Shown here piece by piece: positions 39,396 through 48,640 of a DNA stretch of 64,000 bases (position 1 is the first letter of the stretch; every line of letters starts with the position of its first letter). Below the pieces are notes generated by a model. The model was not told the origin of the DNA. It worked only from the letters and a program-made list of their open reading frames with translations, and did not search any database. The stretch is from Candidatus Bathyarchaeota archaeon (GTDB lineage Archaea; Thermoproteota; Bathyarchaeia; 40CM-2-53-6). The stretch is taken from positions 14,941 through 78,940 of the forward strand of contig VBBT01000104.1 of assembly GCA_005881695.1 (NCBI GenBank). The letters are read 5' to 3'. The translations under genes were made by a program, and so were the position numbers.

Positions 39396-40916
39396 ATGCG
39401 ACTATCATACGCGATCGCGCCAATCCTGATCCTCATTTTCTTCTCCACACCAGCGTCCTACGCAACTCCCCTCACTCGTGCAGTTAGCCAGCCAGATATT
39501 GTTCAATCCAGTCCTCAATCCTACGTAACTTTCATGCAGAAACCTCTAGATTCGAGCCCCAGCCCATGGGTCCTTTATCCAACAGACACGGTCGTGTGGG
39601 TCGCAGGAATATCCTCAGGAACGCCGCCGACCTCTCAGATCCGGGAATACTTCATAGTGAATGGAACTTCGAAACCCGTAGCCAATCTCCCGAACGTAAT
39701 AGTCAGCTCCTTGGTTGCTGATTCTCTGGGCCGAGTTTGGTTCACCGACAATTCGACACTTGCATACTACGACAGCCAACGCCTGACCGTGAATAAGACG
39801 ATAACTTTTCCTAACCAAAACCTAGAGTACTTGGCGCTAGATCATCAGGAGAGAATATGGATGACAGTGTTGGGACCTAATGGCGCCAGCAACGTCGTCA
39901 TGTTCGATCCCACTAATAGTTTGAACCGGACCTATCTGGTTCCGACCACCAACGCGTTCATTCAAGGAATAACCGCAGCTCCAGACAATACAGTATGGTT
40001 CGCAGAAGCCGGGTCGATGAAGCTTGGTCATCTTGCCTGTGACAGCTGCGACATCACCGAGTTTCCTTCACCTTCGTCTCTCAATCTAGCAGCGCTTTCA
40101 CAGGTGGCGGTTGATAGATCAGGCAACATTTGGTTCACCGATCATGCGGGCGACAACCAATTTGGAGTGTTTGACTCACATGCCAATACTTGGAAGATTT
40201 TCCCTATCGGTTATTGTCCAGATGCTTGTGTTTCCGGCCTTCCCAACGCCATTTTTGTTGACGCATACAACAAGATCTGGTTCTCGGAACACATTGCTGG
40301 TAGAGTAGGACGCTATGACCCCTCTACTGGTGTCTTGACAGAATATGTTGTCTCTCTCACTCCCAACGCTTTCCCATTGATCTGGTGGGCAAGCCCTGGG
40401 CCCAACAATCTCGTATGGTTTGTTGCAAACGGACTCGGCGAGGTAGGCTACATCAACGCGAGCCTACCCCTTCCGCTGACCCTTACTGGACCTTCAGGGG
40501 AGGTTGCAATCCAAAAAGGAACCACATTGAACATTTCTGTCATCGTAGACTCTCAAGCCCTACAAACCCTGTCCTTCGGCGTTTCTCCGTTGACTCAAGA
40601 CCAAGAGTCTTCGAACTCTCCTGCCCAATTGTACGGGTCTGGGCCTTCAGACATCGGGCCGAACAATAATCCTCAGGCGGTCAACATCGGCATTTCTGCG
40701 GCCTGGAGTGCGATCTCTGGGGCCCGGTACGTAGCTCTCACCGCCACTGAGGGCAACGTCGCAGTAACCATTCATGTCAAAGTAGTAGTTGTTGAGAGTT
40801 CGGTGCCTTTTGTCGCTTTAGGTTTCTCATCCTCGATCGTTCTTGGAGGTTTCGCAATCTACTTGCGAAGGCCTAGGAAACCTAAGCTCCAGCCCTTGAA
40901 AAAAGTCAGAAGGTAG
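39396..40916 (+). CDS. Secreted beta-propeller protein with WF(T/S)(D/E) blade repeats and a C-terminal TM anchor with basic tail
   Basis: Signal peptide MRLSYAIAPILILIFFSTPASYA. At least six repeats: RVWFTDNS, RIWMTVLG, TVWFAEAG, NIWFTDHAG, KIWFSEHIAG, LVWFVANG, reminiscent of Vgb-lyase / NHL-like propeller blades. The C-terminus VPFVALGFSSSIVLGGFAIYLRRPRKPK resembles archaeosortase-type sorting signals. Confidence 0.5.
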   Translation: MRLSYAIAPILILIFFSTPASYATPLTRAVSQPDIVQSSPQSYVTFMQKPLDSSPSPWVLYPTDTVVWVAGISSGTPPTSQIREYFIVNGTSKPVANLPNVIVSSLVADSLGRVWFTDNSTLAYYDSQRLTVNKTITFPNQNLEYLALDHQERIWMTVLGPNGASNVVMFDPTNSLNRTYLVPTTNAFIQGITAAPDNTVWFAEAGSMKLGHLACDSCDITEFPSPSSLNLAALSQVAVDRSGNIWFTDHAGDNQFGVFDSHANTWKIFPIGYCPDACVSGLPNAIFVDAYNKIWFSEHIAGRVGRYDPSTGVLTEYVVSLTPNAFPLIWWASPGPNNLVWFVANGLGEVGYINASLPLPLTLTGPSGEVAIQKGTTLNISVIVDSQALQTLSFGVSPLTQDQESSNSPAQLYGSGPSDIGPNNNPQAVNIGISAAWSAISGARYVALTATEGNVAVTIHVKVVVVESSVPFVALGFSSSIVLGGFAIYLRRPRKPKLQPLKKVRR

Positions 40917-40924
40917 ATTCTGGG

Positions 40925-41233
40925 TCAAAGAAGTTCTATTTCGATAAAAACATCGTCAGGCGCTCTTATCCTCATCAATCTCTTCAAAAATCGTTCATTC
41001 GGGTCCACGTCAATGAGGCGTTTGTGAATCCTCATCTCCCACTTGTCGAACGTGTGTGTTCCTTGTCCTGCTGGCGATTTTCTTGATGGGACGATGAGCT
41101 TCTTGGTTGGCAGGGGTATGGGTCCTTTCAGCTTGACGCCTGTCTTGTCAGCTATGTCTCGGATCTCTGTGCAAATCGTATTGATGTCCTGAGGGTCAGT
41201 GCTGGAGAGGCGAATTCTAGCTTTGGAAACCAA
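40925..41233 (-). CDS. rps10: 30S ribosomal protein S10 (uS10)
   Basis: [46 protein letters not shown]...; 102 aa. Confidence 0.9.
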   Translation of the reverse strand: MVSKARIRLSSTDPQDINTICTEIRDIADKTGVKLKGPIPLPTKKLIVPSRKSPAGQGTHTFDKWEMRIHKRLIDVDPNERFLKRLMRIRAPDDVFIEIELL

Positions 41234-41638
41234 CCCAAGACACCTTCATTGTCCACCTTTGTAGCGAAAGGTTAGGGCGGGTCCGGTGCTGTTAAAAACC
41301 TTGGTGTAAACTCGCGGAGACCCGAGAAACCGAAAAGATTGCGATAGATGTGAGAGTATCCTGCCAGTGAGTCCCGGTTGGCGACAGGTTGAGGGCGGGC
41401 TTACTTGACGCCTAGTCTAAGTTTCGAGGCCCGCATACATCTTTGCTTCTCGCTGTACGCGAAGCGGGCTAGGATGAGGAGTGTTCCCAGAGATAGAAGC
41501 ACCAGGTGCATATGCCGCGGTAACTTTTCTTCCCGAGAAAAACCTATCGGTTAAGCATGCGAGCGAGACCAACAATTCATGGACCCTTGTTTTGGGTCCG
41601 GGGTTACCCTTTCCGGGAAGGAGACGAATTGCGTGAGG

Positions 41639-42937
41639 TTAGCCTTTCGTGATGATCTCTTTGACTACGCCGACGCCGACGGTGCTGCCCATGTCCCGGA
41701 TAGCAAACCTCCCGAGTTCTGGAATGTCCGAGAACGCTTCCAAGACCATGTTGTGCAAGGGCTTCATCTTCACTAGGGCACTGTCGCCGACCTTGAGGAA
41801 ACTAGGCTTCTCTTCAACCACCTGACCTGTTCGTGGGTCGATTTTCTTGATAAGTTCCTCGAAGGTCACTCCGACCGTCGCTGTGTGCGCGTGCAACACT
41901 GGGGTGTATCCTGCGGCGATGGCAGTTGGGTGGTAGATGATAATGATCTGTCCAATGAACTCTTTCGCGATCGTCGGTGGCTTGTCCGTGTGGCCCATGA
42001 CCTCTCCCCGTCCGATCTCGTTCTTTGCAACGCCTCTGATGTTGAAGCCGATATTGTCTCCAGGCTCAGCCTTCGCCATCCGTACGTGATGGGTCTCGAT
42101 CGATTTTACCTCACCGAGCTTTCCGGAGGGATTGAAGATGACCTTGTCACCATCTTTCACAACACCCGTCTCGACACGTCCCACCGGGACGGTGCCAACA
42201 CCAGTAATGGTGTACACGTCCTGAATCGGAACGCGAAGAGGCTTGTCCAAGGGCTTCGGTGGCGGAATGAAATCGTTGAGCGCATCGTATACTGTAACTC
42301 CCTTGTACCACGGTGTGTTCGTACTCTTCTTCGATAGGTTGTCACCAAGCCATCCGCTGGTCGGGACGAACGGGACCTTCGAAACGTCAAAGCCCACAGT
42401 CTTCAGCAATCCTTCCAGCTCTTTCCGGCACTCCTTGTACCGTTCCTCAGAATATTTGACCGTCTGATCATCCATCTTGTTGATGGCTACGACCAAGTTC
42501 TTCACTCCGAGAGTTCTTGCAAGGTAGGCGTGTTCTCTCGCTTGTCCTCCAGGTCCCACGGCGACTTCGAATTCGCCCTTTTTACCGGAGACGACAAGGA
42601 TTGCGACGTCTGCCTGGCTTGCACCGGTGATCATGTTCTTGATGAAGTCCCGGTGTCCGGGCGCGTCGATGATCGTGTAGAAATTCTTCGGTGTCTCAAA
42701 CTTTTGGAAAGAGAGATCGATCGTGACTCCTCTCTCCCTCTCTTCCTTGATCGTGTCTAGGACCCAGGCGTACTTGAAAGTATCACCTGCTCCTGTCTTT
42801 TCAGATTCTTTCGCGTACTGCTCGATTGTCTTCTGGTCAATGTATCCTGCGTCGAACAGAAGGTGACCTGTCAGCGTACTCTTTCCATGGTCAACATGAC
42901 CCATCACTATCAGGTTCAGATGGGGCTTTGCGGACAT
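41639..42937 (-). CDS. tuf: Translation elongation factor 1-alpha (aEF-1alpha)
   Basis: GHVDHGKSTL, DAPGH, NKMD, and full-length similarity to archaeal EF-1alpha; 432 aa. Confidence 0.95.
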   Translation of the reverse strand: MSAKPHLNLIVMGHVDHGKSTLTGHLLFDAGYIDQKTIEQYAKESEKTGAGDTFKYAWVLDTIKEERERGVTIDLSFQKFETPKNFYTIIDAPGHRDFIKNMITGASQADVAILVVSGKKGEFEVAVGPGGQAREHAYLARTLGVKNLVVAINKMDDQTVKYSEERYKECRKELEGLLKTVGFDVSKVPFVPTSGWLGDNLSKKSTNTPWYKGVTVYDALNDFIPPPKPLDKPLRVPIQDVYTITGVGTVPVGRVETGVVKDGDKVIFNPSGKLGEVKSIETHHVRMAKAEPGDNIGFNIRGVAKNEIGRGEVMGHTDKPPTIAKEFIGQIIIIYHPTAIAAGYTPVLHAHTATVGVTFEELIKKIDPRTGQVVEEKPSFLKVGDSALVKMKPLHNMVLEAFSDIPELGRFAIRDMGSTVGVGVVKEIITKG

Positions 42938-42988
42938 TGTCTTAGTTCAAACTCCTTTCTCGAAACGGAGAGAGAAAACACCTCGGTT

Positions 42989-43008
42989 CTTTATAAAAAG
43001 GCTCGTGT
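42989..43008 (+). promoter_or_regulatory. BRE/TATA-like promoter element upstream of the GC-rich oxidoreductase gene. It shares an extended motif with the gdh upstream region.
   Basis: ctTTATAAAAAGGCTcGTgt at 42989 and ttTcATAAAAAGGCTtGTcc at 44487. Both sit about 70-130 nt upstream of plus-strand ORF starts. Confidence 0.4.
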
Positions 43009-43122
43009 GAGAGCCTGACACTTCTCATACCCGGATACCCACAGCCAAACTACTTTTCTGTGCTGACTGGTTCAACAGTTGAAGGCGTACTTGTCGCTTT
43101 CCACGGATCCGCCGCGTACAAT

Positions 43123-44259
43123 TTTTTAGGAGAGAAAGATGTGAAGACCGCTATGAGCAAGGGTGCAACCAGGATTCGTGTCGGCATCATCGGTGCCAAC
43201 CCGGATCGCGGATGGGCGGCGCAAGCACACATTCCTGCTTTGAAGTCGCTCTCGGATGACTTCGAGATCACTGCGCTGTCCACCAGCCGACGCGAATCTG
43301 CCGACGCCGCCAGCAAGCTCTTTGGAGTGCCTGTCGCGTTCGACAACCATCAAGACCTCGTGAACAGCGCTGCCGTTGACGTCGTCGCCGTCACCGTGAA
43401 AGTGCCGTATCACCTCGAACTAGCGTCTGCAGCGCTTGTCGCCGGCAAGGCTGTGTACTGCGAATGGCCGCTCGGTAACGGCTTGAGTGAGGCGCGGATC
43501 TTGGCCGCACTGGCGAAGAAGAAGGGCGTCCTAGCGGTGGTGGGACTGCAGGCCCGTTCTGCGCCGTCGGTGGCTTACACGCATGACCTGATCAGGCAAG
43601 GTTACGTCGGTGAGGTGCTCTCCACAACGTTGATCGGTTCAGGAATGGGCTGGGGACCAACGGTAGAGCCGTACAACGCCTACCTCAACGACAAGAAAAA
43701 CGGCGCGACGATGCTCTCGATCGCGCTCGGCCACGCGGCGGACGCGCTGTGTCACTGCCTCGGCGAAGTGCGAGAACTCTCGGCCACCATGACAGTGCGC
43801 CGAAAGTCCTTCACGATCACGCAGACGGGCGAAAGCAAGCCCATGACCGCGGAGGATCAGGTGTGCGTCACCGGACTGCTCGAAGGCGGGGCCGCGCTCT
43901 CGATCCACTATCGCGGCGGCGTTTCGCGCGGCACCAACCTGCTCTGGGAGATCAACGGCACCGAGGGCGATCTGCAGCTCACCGCCGCAGGCGGCCAAGC
44001 CCAGATCTTCGAGATGACGGTACACGGTGGCAAGGGCGCACAGTCCTCCCTCGAGGTCCTGCCCGTGCCGGAGCAGTATCGGTGGTCGCCGCCGCAAGGC
44101 CCTTCCACCAACGTCGCCCAAGCGTACGCGCGTTTCGCCCGCGACTATCGAGAGGGGACGCATTTCTGCCCCACGTTCGACGACGCGGTCACGCGCCATC
44201 GCATGCTGAACGCGATCGAGACGGCCGCGGCAACCGGTCAGCGTCAAACGCTCGGTTGA
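43123..44259 (+). CDS. Gfo/Idh/MocA-family oxidoreductase on a GC-rich segment
   Basis: IRVGIIGANPDRGWAAQAHIPAL NAD-binding N-terminus. Local GC is about 65-70% against about 50% for the neighbours. Antisense ORFs in the same region are GC artefacts. The ORF track starts at 43060; the Met at 43123 immediately precedes the Rossmann fold. Confidence 0.7.
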   Translation, partial: FLGEKDVKTAMSKGATRIRVGIIGANPDRGWAAQAHIPALKSLSDDFEITALSTSRRESADAASKLFGVPVAFDNHQDLVNSAAVDVVAVTVKVPYHLELASAALVAGKAVYCEWPLGNGLSEARILAALAKKKGVLAVVGLQARSAPSVAYTHDLIRQGYVGEVLSTTLIGSGMGWGPTVEPYNAYLNDKKNGATMLSIALGHAADALCHCLGEVRELSATMTVRRKSFTITQTGESKPMTAEDQVCVTGLLEGGAALSIHYRGGVSRGTNLLWEINGTEGDLQLTAAGGQAQIFEMTVHGGKGAQSSLEVLPVPEQYRWSPPQGPSTNVAQAYARFARDYREGTHFCPTFDDAVTRHRMLNAIETAAATGQRQTLG

Positions 44260-44622
44260 TCCGGCGAGAAGCATTCCCTAAGAGGGAGTAGGGAGCCAAC
44301 CGCCGACGGAGTGCATCCTTCCCAAGACAGTTGGTGAAGTAGCCCGGAAGACATGATCTATAGTAGCGGGCGGTTCGCTATTGCCATGCGTGTTCCCCCA
44401 GGAAAAATGGGGAGGGCTTGAGCTACGGGTTTGTGTAACGAAAATACCGTGATATGGGCTAACGAAGAGTGAGGGTTTTCCCTGTTTTTTCATAAAAAGG
44501 CTTGTCCCTCAGTTTCCACTCTTCCCACTCGATGAAAATTTAGAACTAGGTTTTTCCCTGAATTATGAAGAAAGGTCTAAATGGGAAGTTTCTCGCCGCT
44601 TTCCGATTCGAAGGCATATTGA

Positions 44623-45912
44623 TTGCTAGAGACCACTTCTAAGCACGAAGCTGCTCCTTCAAGCCTCGGCATGCAGAAAACCCAGTACGACATTGCTGTG
44701 GAACAGTTCCAGCGGGCAGCTGACCTGATGAAGCTGGACCAGAACGTTCAGGAGATTCTTCGAAAGCCTCGAAGAATTCTCAGCATAAACTTCCCTGTCA
44801 AAATGGACGATGGCAGAATCCTTCTCTATCAAGGATTCAGAAGCCAGCACAACAACGCCCTGGGACCTTACAAGGGCGGAATCAGATACCACCCCAACGT
44901 CACCATCGAAGAAGTAAAGGCGTTATCCATGTGGATGACATGGAAGTGCGCGGTCGCAGGCATTCCATTCGGGGGCGCGAAAGGAGGCGTCACAGTTAAC
45001 CCGAAACTCCTGTCCAAACACGAACTGGAGAGGCTTTCCAGAACGTTCTTCTCGCTCATAAGCGAAATCGTGGGTCCATTCCGCGACATACCTGCGCCTG
45101 ACGTGTACACCGATTCTCAAACGATGGCGTGGTTCATGGATGAGTATAGCAAGATCGATCGGAACAATGCCAACGCGGTCGTTACTGGTAAGCCGCTGAT
45201 AATAGGAGGCTCCCTCGGAAGAGATTCGGCCACCGGGAAGGGAGTCGCGGTCAGTGTTGAGGAAGCTGCGAGACATCTCAAGATTGACCTGAAGAAGGCA
45301 ACCTGCGCGATCCAAGGCTGGGGAAACGTAGGCTCATTCGCCCACATGTTTCTTGAAGAAGCCGGAGTCAAAGTTGTCGCCGTCTCCGACTCGAAGGGAG
45401 GGATTCACAAGAAAACAGGCCTCTGGTTCAACGAGGTCGCGGCTTACAAGAAGAAGAATACGAGCATGGCGAACTTGCCCTCGTCCGAGAACATTTCGAA
45501 TGAAGAACTCCTCGAACTAGATGTAGACATACTAGTACCAGCAGCACTAGAAGACGTCATCACTGACACTAATGCTCGAAACATTAAGGCAAAGCTAGTC
45601 GCTGAAGGCGCGAACGGACCGACGACACCGGAGGCAGATGACATACTCTTCAAGGAAGGCATCACCCTGATCCCCGACATCCTAGCAAACTCTGGGGGAG
45701 TAAGCACGAGCTACCTGGAATGGGTGCAGAATCTCCAACACCTCTGGTGGACCGCTGAGGAAGTAGACCATCGTCTGACAGCTATAATGAAGAAGGCCTT
45801 TGCTGAGGTCTGGAAGACCAGCCAAGAACAGAATGTGAACATGCGTACCGGCGCCTACGTTTACGCAATCGGCAAGGTTCAGGACGCTATGCAGATCCGA
45901 GGATGGGTCTAG
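44623..45912 (+). CDS. gdhA: Glutamate dehydrogenase (Glu/Leu/Phe/Val dehydrogenase family)
   Basis: GGAKGG catalytic Gly-rich motif (FGGAKGGV) and NAD(P)-binding GWGNVG; 429 aa. An alternative start is at 44671. Confidence 0.9.
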   Translation: MLETTSKHEAAPSSLGMQKTQYDIAVEQFQRAADLMKLDQNVQEILRKPRRILSINFPVKMDDGRILLYQGFRSQHNNALGPYKGGIRYHPNVTIEEVKALSMWMTWKCAVAGIPFGGAKGGVTVNPKLLSKHELERLSRTFFSLISEIVGPFRDIPAPDVYTDSQTMAWFMDEYSKIDRNNANAVVTGKPLIIGGSLGRDSATGKGVAVSVEEAARHLKIDLKKATCAIQGWGNVGSFAHMFLEEAGVKVVAVSDSKGGIHKKTGLWFNEVAAYKKKNTSMANLPSSENISNEELLELDVDILVPAALEDVITDTNARNIKAKLVAEGANGPTTPEADDILFKEGITLIPDILANSGGVSTSYLEWVQNLQHLWWTAEEVDHRLTAIMKKAFAEVWKTSQEQNVNMRTGAYVYAIGKVQDAMQIRGWV

Positions 45913-45927
45913 AAGACCTCTAGGCAG

Positions 45928-46398
45928 TCAGTCTAGCAACGCGGTAAGCTTCCGTTCCTCGCGTGCCTCATCCGCCATAGCATCCATCGCCATCTTGTGA
46001 GTAACCATGTCGGTATCTCGAGTCTTGCTGGCGAGTCTCTGGTAGAATTCGAGCGAGGATCTTTCAAGTTTCAGGCTTTCCTTGATCATCGCTTTCAGAT
46101 CATTTCCCCTTCGCGGCGGGTCCGAATAAGAAAAGAAAGCTTTCTTTTCCCACTCTACTGGTTTTGATATGGGGACTCCTCCGAGCTGTATGATTCTCTC
46201 CATGAATCTTGAGGCGTGGTCCCATTCTCCGTCAGCCATCTCCTTGAAGAGCTTCGAGAGAGGTAGAGAGCTTATTCCGCTAGCGATCTTGCTCAAGTAG
46301 AGGTATCGAAAGGCAGCCAAGGTTTCTCCGGCAAGAGCTTGGTTGAGGTCATCGAGAAGCGTCGGTTCCCTCTTGACTGACAAGACTGGTCGAACCAT
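45928..46398 (-). CDS. Ferritin-like diiron-domain protein
   Basis: AGETLAAFRYLYLSK ... EWDHASRF ... four-helix-bundle E/H pattern. The start is proposed at the internal Met MVRPVL. Confidence 0.45.
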   Translation of the reverse strand: MVRPVLSVKREPTLLDDLNQALAGETLAAFRYLYLSKIASGISSLPLSKLFKEMADGEWDHASRFMERIIQLGGVPISKPVEWEKKAFFSYSDPPRRGNDLKAMIKESLKLERSSLEFYQRLASKTRDTDMVTHKMAMDAMADEAREERKLTALLD

Positions 46399-46520
46399 TG
46401 CATAGCCTCCGGGAGTCTTTTTAGCCTTATTCCAACAGCCAGATGTTGTGGAAATCACAAAGCCGAGCACGATTGACGGACGGGGCCCTGAAAGTGTCTA
46501 GCCGCGCAACCTCAACTCAC

Positions 46521-47363
46521 TTGACCTCCTACCTGACGCTGATACGACCCCCAAATACCATCATGATCGGGCTTGGAGTGGTCATTGGCGAAGCGATAGG
46601 TCTCGGCAAGCTCCCTGGACTTCGAGAGGCCGTTTTCGGGTTCCTGACCGCATCACTGATGATGGCCGGGACAATGGTGGCCAATGACGTTTACGACGTT
46701 GAAATTGACAGGGTCAACAGCCCGCAGCGACCTCTCCCTTCCGGAACGGTAAAGACCAGAGACGCCGTCGTATTGGCAGTAGCACTTTCAGTGGCTGCGA
46801 TAGGGTTCTCCGCGCTTCTCGGTCTATGGACGTTTCTAACTGCACTTCTCGCCCTTGCTCTGATGGTTTACTATAACACGAGGGGAAAGAAGACTGGCCT
46901 GATAGGAAATGCGGTTGTAAGCTTCAACGTCGCCCTGCCTTTCTTCTACGGAGGGCTCGCCGTGGGTAATTCGATCCGGCCCCTACTGTTCATCTTCTCC
47001 GTTGTCGCATTTCTCGCGAACTTTGCCCGAGAGGTTGCGAAGGGAATCGCTGACGTGAAAGGCGACAGCCTCCGTCAAGTCCGGACCCTGGCCGTGGTTA
47101 GGGGAACCAAGGTTGCAGCACTAGCATCTGCGGGACTGTTTATCGTCGCGGTTCTGCTGAGTTTCCTCCCGCCGTTTCTCGAGACAATCTCCTGGCTGTA
47201 TTTTCCTCCCGTGATAGTAGCCGACGTTGGCTTTCTGTATTCAGCGTACAGGTTGATGGGCAATCAGACGCCTGAGAATGTTCGAGCAGTCAAACGACAT
47301 GTTCTGCTATGGATGCTGTTAGGCCTTGTGGGTTTTCTTTTGGGCGGCGCCGCTCTCCTTTGA
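46521..47363 (+). CDS. UbiA-family prenyltransferase, probable (S)-2,3-di-O-geranylgeranylglyceryl phosphate synthase
   Basis: NDVYDVEIDRVNSPQRPLPSG, the Asp-rich UbiA motif, plus 8 TM helices. It neighbours the mevalonate-pathway genes. The TTG start at 46521 retains the conserved LIRPPN segment. Confidence 0.65.
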   Translation: MTSYLTLIRPPNTIMIGLGVVIGEAIGLGKLPGLREAVFGFLTASLMMAGTMVANDVYDVEIDRVNSPQRPLPSGTVKTRDAVVLAVALSVAAIGFSALLGLWTFLTALLALALMVYYNTRGKKTGLIGNAVVSFNVALPFFYGGLAVGNSIRPLLFIFSVVAFLANFAREVAKGIADVKGDSLRQVRTLAVVRGTKVAALASAGLFIVAVLLSFLPPFLETISWLYFPPVIVADVGFLYSAYRLMGNQTPENVRAVKRHVLLWMLLGLVGFLLGGAALL

Positions 47364-48638
47364 CCTGGACATATCGAGCAGAATTTCCCTAGCCCTATCC
47401 AGGCGGATCTTCCGCTCGACGACCATCTTGTCCGCCACCAGGTCGATTAGATCGCTTTGAGCTCCAGCCATTGCGGCAATATTTCTAGCGTGAAGAGACA
47501 TGTGTCCCTTCTGAATTCCCTCTGCTGCCAAGGCTCGTAGTGCGGCCATGTTCTGAGCCAAGCCCACTGCTGCCATGACCTCGCCAAGTTCGCGGGCCGT
47601 CTTCACGCCGAGGATCTTTAGGCATATCTTCGCCATGGGGTGGACGGCGGTGACTCCGCCGATGATTCCGACGGCGGCTGGGATCTCGATCGTCCCGACT
47701 AGGTTTCCGTTGGAGTCTTTCTTCCATGTTGTGAGGGGAGAGTAATGTCCAGTTCGTGCAGCGTAAGCATGGGCCCCTGCCTCTATTGCACGAGTGTCAT
47801 TCCCGGTCGCTAGGCAGACGGCGGTTACGCCGTTCATGACTCCCTTGTTATGGGTCGCACATCTGTACGGGTCAGCGGCGGCAAACGCGTACGCCTCCAC
47901 AATGCCATCGACGATGTCTTCGCCACCGAGGGCTTCTTTCGAAACTGTCGTTGTGGCCTTGGCAACCCTTCTATCTGCTAGATTTGAAATGATCCGCAGT
48001 CGGGCTTGACCCTTGGAAATCTTCTCAACCATAGGTGCTACAGCTTCGGCCATCGTGTTGACGACATTGGCCCCCATGGCGTCGCGGCAGTCAACCAGAA
48101 GCTCAACAATAACCAATGTTCCAACTTGGCTCGGTAGGATCCTGACGCGGAGATCTTTTGCCCCTCCGCCCATCGAGAGTAGTGTTGGGTCCTGCTGGTT
48201 GGCTTTTTCGATGATCTCTTTTCTTGCCGAGAGAATTTCCTTTTCAGCATCTTTCGGCGAGGGGCATTTCACTATCTGGATCTGGCTGATCATCACAGGC
48301 TCGGTGCTGGTGGCTGTGAAGCCGCCTGTTGGTCTTGCCATCTTGGCCGCGTTGCTTGCCGCTGCGACTACTGATGGCTCTTCTATGGCCATCGGCACTA
48401 AGTAGTCTCTACCGTTAATCAGAAAGTTGGTAGCGATTCCGAGAGGGATCGGGAACATGCTGATGACGTTCTCGATCATTCGTTGCGCAGTCGCACTCGG
48501 CATTGTTCCGTTGGCTAGGGTCTGAGCCTCCTCGGAAGTTAGACCTGCGAACTCTTTGACGATTCTGAGCCTCTCTTCCAAGGGAAGCTTGTAGAACGAA
48601 GCAATGGTTGAGCTTCTGTTTAGAACCGACGTTTCCAA
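47319..48638 (-). CDS. hmgA: Hydroxymethylglutaryl-CoA reductase (class I, archaeal type)
   Basis: DAMGANVVNTMAE, GTIEIPAAVGIIGG and other HMGR signatures; 439 aa. Confidence 0.9.
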   Translation of the reverse strand: METSVLNRSSTIASFYKLPLEERLRIVKEFAGLTSEEAQTLANGTMPSATAQRMIENVISMFPIPLGIATNFLINGRDYLVPMAIEEPSVVAAASNAAKMARPTGGFTATSTEPVMISQIQIVKCPSPKDAEKEILSARKEIIEKANQQDPTLLSMGGGAKDLRVRILPSQVGTLVIVELLVDCRDAMGANVVNTMAEAVAPMVEKISKGQARLRIISNLADRRVAKATTTVSKEALGGEDIVDGIVEAYAFAAADPYRCATHNKGVMNGVTAVCLATGNDTRAIEAGAHAYAARTGHYSPLTTWKKDSNGNLVGTIEIPAAVGIIGGVTAVHPMAKICLKILGVKTARELGEVMAAVGLAQNMAALRALAAEGIQKGHMSLHARNIAAMAGAQSDLIDLVADKMVVERKIRLDRAREILLDMSRSKESGAAQKKTHKA

Positions 48639-48640
48639 AT

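Noticed and set aside
43639-44291. Several 60-210-aa ORFs antisense or alternative-frame to the GC-rich oxidoreductase
   Set aside because: High GC suppresses stop codons in all frames. The translations are Arg/Ala/Gly-rich with no motifs.
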